From Candidatus Poribacteria bacterium (lineage in GTDB: Bacteria; Poribacteria; WGA-4E; PCPOR2b): 64,000 bases of DNA. The DNA lies in assembly GCA_965215015.1 (NCBI GenBank), contig OZ244042.1:256001-320000 (forward strand). Direction: 5' to 3'. The position numbers and the translations under genes were made by a program. The first letter of the stretch is position 1, and each line of letters opens with the position of its first letter. Below are positions 60,467 to 64,000 of this stretch, one piece after another. The notes beneath the pieces were generated by a model. It was given only the letters and a program-made list of their open reading frames with translations, had not been told where the DNA came from and made no database searches.

Positions 60467-61182
60467 GAATGCCTCCTTCTTGCTATGTCTCAGTAGGATA
60501 TCTTAAAATCATTATAGCACAACGGCATCAGCAGGTCTACAGAATTTGCGAGTCTATTCAGGGCAATCGTATGTAAATATTGTGCAGGATTGACGCACTT
60601 TGATTGCGAAAATCATCTCCCATTTCATACCCTCTACGACTATGACTTTGGCACATAGCAATGCAAAATCCAATCGTAGACATAGGTTTCCAACCTATGA
60701 TCGCCCGCAGAGCCCCGATGGATCAGGAATTCCGCTGCACTGCAACCTCCCTTGATGAAATCGGGGTTAGCAAACCTGCGCCACGAGGGGTGAACCCACG
60801 GTTCTAATTGCTCAGTTGCCTAATTTCTATAACAAATGCAATTCCCCTATGAGTCCACCCGATTGCTAAATAAACGCAAAGTCACAAAGACGCAAGAGGT
60901 ATTCAGATTGAAAGGTTAGAAGTGTAGAAGGATAGGGCACTCAGATATATCGGTTTCTTTAGAGGTCAACTTGAATAAAATAATCCTGCCAATCCTTTCA
61001 GCCTGAAAGTCCTGATTCAGACAATAATTATGAGCACCTCTTAAATAAATCCGTAGGGACATTTAATTCCCCTGTAGGAGGGATTTCCCAATCCCGGCTC
61101 CATCGCTCAGACAGGGAGAAAACCGAAAACTAAATAGCCCCTAGGAGTTATCCACTTCTCAGCTCGTAGTCGCGCGTTCGTA

Positions 61183-61291
61183 TAGTTCTCCCCTGCCTGT
61201 GGGGGAGTTAGAGGGGGTTTAGTTCTCCCCTGCTTGCGGGGGAGTTAGAGGGGGTTTGGTTCTCCCCTGCTTGCGGAGGAGTTGAGGGGTT
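61183..61291. repeat. Three tandem 37-bp C/G-rich REP-like units
   Basis: TTCTCCCCTGC(C/T)TG(T/C)GGGGGAGTTAGAGGGGGTT x3 (third degenerate). Confidence 0.85.
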
Positions 61292-61381
61292 TCATTATTC
61301 CCGTCCCGATAAAGCAGCCGGAGTTGGTTTCAAGCGTTCAACTACGTAATTCCTATGGACCTAATAAATCTGAGAAAAAGG

Positions 61382-61410
61382 TTGACAGTTTTTAGCAGCT
61401 ACGATAGAAT
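61382..61410 (+). promoter_or_regulatory. Sigma70 promoter
   Basis: TTGACA-N17-TAGAAT. Confidence 0.7.
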
Positions 61411-61661
61411 AAAAAAGCATTTTTCACTCAACTATGATTGGACAGGATCAGCCAAAGTCGCCAAGGTTGTGATACAAGGCTGTTATCCAAGAGTAGATTT
61501 CGTTGCCCCGATGCCCAGACCAGGGCGTGCTAGCCTCCCCTACTGAGCCGGGGTAAGCGTCCCACGCTTTAGTATGGGAGCATGTCACAGGGTAGCTGTA
61601 GCTTTTATCTAAACGCTTAGTGTTTTTGGGCGAGAATTATTCTCAATCAAAGGAGGAGAAA

Positions 61662-63050
61662 ATGTCGAACGCCGATTTTGCTTTAACCGCCCATCTGATG
61701 CGTCGTGCAGGGTTTGGCACGACCTTAACAGAGTTAGAGGAATACGTCAAGAAGGGCTACGAAAATGTTGTTGAAGACTTAGTAGACCCAGAACGTTGCC
61801 CGCCGGTCGACGAGGATATTTTGGATCGTTGCTTCGGCGGTTCTGAGGGAGGGTATAGGACAACGTGGATGTTTCGTATGATTAATAGTCCACGACCTCT
61901 CGAAGAAAAAATGGCACTTTTCTGGCACCATGTGTTCGCCACGGGTGTTGCGAAAAATCAGCATATTCTTTCTTCTGCCCTCCAGATTGATACGTTCCGG
62001 CGCGTGGGGCTTGCAAATATGCGAGAGATTTTGCTCGCGCTATCGAAAGATCCAGCGATGATTTTCTGGCTTGACAATAACGAGAACCGGAAAGGCGAAC
62101 CGAATGAGAACTACGGCAGGGAGTTATTAGAACTGTTCTCAATGGGCGTCGGTAATTACACAGAGGACGATATTAAGGATTGTTCACGCGCCTTTACAGG
62201 ATGGACATTCACCCAACCGGCGCCCTTGTACCCCCAAGGTTACTACCCTGCACACTTTGTGTTCATTGAAGAGGAACATGACAATGGCGAAAAGACGTTC
62301 TTGGGGCATACAGGTAATCTTAACGGTGATGATATAATCAACATCATCGTGAAGCAGCCGGCCTGCGCGAAGTTCATATCCAGACACCTTTACAACTTCT
62401 TCGTCGCGGACGAACCGCAGGTCCCGTCTTGGAACGTGACCCCTCCACAAGACCCAGACGCGATTGATACGCTGTCGAACGCTTTCTTGGATTCGGATGG
62501 GGATATGCCCCACATACTCAGAACGCTCTTCAACTCCGATTTCTTCAAGGAAGCACGATTCAAAAAGGTTAAGAGTCCTACAGAGCTTGTCACAGGTATC
62601 CTGAAGCTGGTAAGGACGTATCAGAGGCCCGAACCGGGCATGGGGAAATATCCGGCTGCCACCGCTTTGATGGGGCAGGAGTTATTGAATCCCCCAACTG
62701 TAGAAGGTTGGCACACCGGTAAAGAATGGATTGATGGCGGTACGCTTACCGAGCGCATTAACTTCTCCGTCGGTGAGGTCAGCGATTCCCAAAAGCCGGG
62801 TATCGAGCAAATCATCAGTCGGCTTAAAGCGGATGGGAGCCCTCTCTCTCCCGACGAGTTTGTGGATAAATGCCTCGAACTAGTGGGACCACTAGAGGTC
62901 GGTGATACGACGCGTGAGTCTTTGACCCGGTTTGCAGCGTCTCAGGGCGAGCTCGACATAGGTGCTGACGACACTGCGGAAGAGAACAAGGCTCGAGTGG
63001 TGCGTATGCTACAGTTGATTGTATCTTCGAGAGAGTATCAGTTTGCCTAA
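61662..63050 (+). CDS. DUF1800 domain protein
   Basis: HLMRRAGFG, EKMALFWH, NENYGRELLELFSMG, PPTVEGW; AGGAGG RBS. Confidence 0.92.
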   Translation: MSNADFALTAHLMRRAGFGTTLTELEEYVKKGYENVVEDLVDPERCPPVDEDILDRCFGGSEGGYRTTWMFRMINSPRPLEEKMALFWHHVFATGVAKNQHILSSALQIDTFRRVGLANMREILLALSKDPAMIFWLDNNENRKGEPNENYGRELLELFSMGVGNYTEDDIKDCSRAFTGWTFTQPAPLYPQGYYPAHFVFIEEEHDNGEKTFLGHTGNLNGDDIINIIVKQPACAKFISRHLYNFFVADEPQVPSWNVTPPQDPDAIDTLSNAFLDSDGDMPHILRTLFNSDFFKEARFKKVKSPTELVTGILKLVRTYQRPEPGMGKYPAATALMGQELLNPPTVEGWHTGKEWIDGGTLTERINFSVGEVSDSQKPGIEQIISRLKADGSPLSPDEFVDKCLELVGPLEVGDTTRESLTRFAASQGELDIGADDTAEENKARVVRMLQLIVSSREYQFA

Positions 63051-63142
63051 TTGGGTTCATTAGTGAACCAATTTTTTCACGCACACGTTTCAGGTTCTAT
63101 ACGCCGCAGGGCCGCATTCCCTGCGGGGAAGGAGTAGATCAC

Positions 63143-64000
63143 ATGGCTGTCAGTAAGAAAGATCCTGTCCTTGTCGTTGTCGAACTGAAGGGTGGCAACG
63201 ACTTTATGAATACAATTATCCCCTATACCGCGGGCGTGTATTACGATTCACGGCCAGTAGTAGGGCTCAAGGAGGAAGAAGTTCTCCCTCTCAACGATAC
63301 TTTAGCGTGGAACCCGAATATCGAACCCCTGAAGGATATGTACGACCAAGGCGATGTAGCCATTGTTCAGGGTATCGGTTATCCCGATTCCAGCCGTTCC
63401 CATTTCCGGGCGATGGATGTATGGCACACCTGCGAACCGATAGAAATCGGCTCAGAGGGGTGGGTCGGTCGAGTGATTCGGGAACTTGACCCCAATGGAG
63501 AGAACGTTTTAACGGGCGTCTCCTTCGGCAAGGGACTGCCGAGAGCACTCGCCCTCTCCGGCGTACCGGCTACCTCTATCGATAACCTTGACACCTACGG
63601 GTTGATGACCGATATCGAGGCAGACCCGCAGCGACTCCAAGCCCTGGAGATATTCAAGGAAATGTATAGTCCCGCTATCGGCACCGGTATTGTAATGGAT
63701 TACCTGTCGCAAACGGGACTTGATGTCATTAAAGGTTCTGATGCGCTGAAGAAAGCCCCAGCGATGTATACCTCTGAGGTTGAGTATGAGGAGAACCCAA
63801 TCGCCAAGAGCTTGCGGGACGTTGCGCGAGTGCATCTGGCCGACCTCGGAACGCGGGTCTTTTACACGCAGCACGGCGGCTATGACCACCATGCAAATGA
63901 GGTGCCATCGCATCCGAAGCTGCTCGCAGAGCTGTCCGGAGCGATTCGCGATTTCTTCAAGGATTTGCGCGACCACAACGCCTCCGATGAGGTGGTTATG
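63143..64000 (+). CDS. DUF1501 domain protein, 3'-truncated by window edge
   Basis: AAGGAG RBS; MAVSKKDPVLVVVELKGGNDFMNT, SRSHFRAMDVW, GGYDHH; typical partner of DUF1800; absent from the ORF track because no stop falls in the window. Confidence 0.9.
   Translation, partial: MAVSKKDPVLVVVELKGGNDFMNTIIPYTAGVYYDSRPVVGLKEEEVLPLNDTLAWNPNIEPLKDMYDQGDVAIVQGIGYPDSSRSHFRAMDVWHTCEPIEIGSEGWVGRVIRELDPNGENVLTGVSFGKGLPRALALSGVPATSIDNLDTYGLMTDIEADPQRLQALEIFKEMYSPAIGTGIVMDYLSQTGLDVIKGSDALKKAPAMYTSEVEYEENPIAKSLRDVARVHLADLGTRVFYTQHGGYDHHANEVPSHPKLLAELSGAIRDFFKDLRDHNASDEVVM

Noticed and set aside
60540-61370. Replication origin or RNA gene in the long intergenic region
   Set aside because: Only one imperfect DnaA-like box and no tRNA/SRP/tmRNA motifs; the region is explained by REP-like debris.

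Overview
Bacterial chromosomal window (standard code 11; no rRNA, tRNA or CRISPR recognised). It carries ten PhyH-family Fe(II)/2-oxoglutarate dioxygenase genes, a complete Pup-proteasome operon (arc-dop-pup-prcB-prcA-pafA), ppdK, trmB and a RecQ-like helicase. It also has lipoproteins and a predicted beta-barrel. This mix suggests a diderm such as Ca. Poribacteria (inference only). Defence content: a minus-strand island (PIN nuclease, 1142-aa helical protein, type III res, two tandem mod genes with different target-recognition domains), a type IIG/ISP-like R-M gene trailed by an array of copies of its own 3' end, and a probable scar of a deleted SNF2/DUF499 system. Best hidden finding: the ORF at 6465-6932 extends in frame to an ATG at 7133 through TGA-AGT-GCG-TGA, followed by a SECIS-like hairpin. 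That gives a candidate secreted/outer-membrane selenoprotein with a U-x-x-U motif. Also notable: two tandem PhyH paralogs with H-x-G instead of H-x-D (halogenase-like), several families of REP/MITE-like elements (some in frame inside genes), and a ~270-bp structured element present twice.
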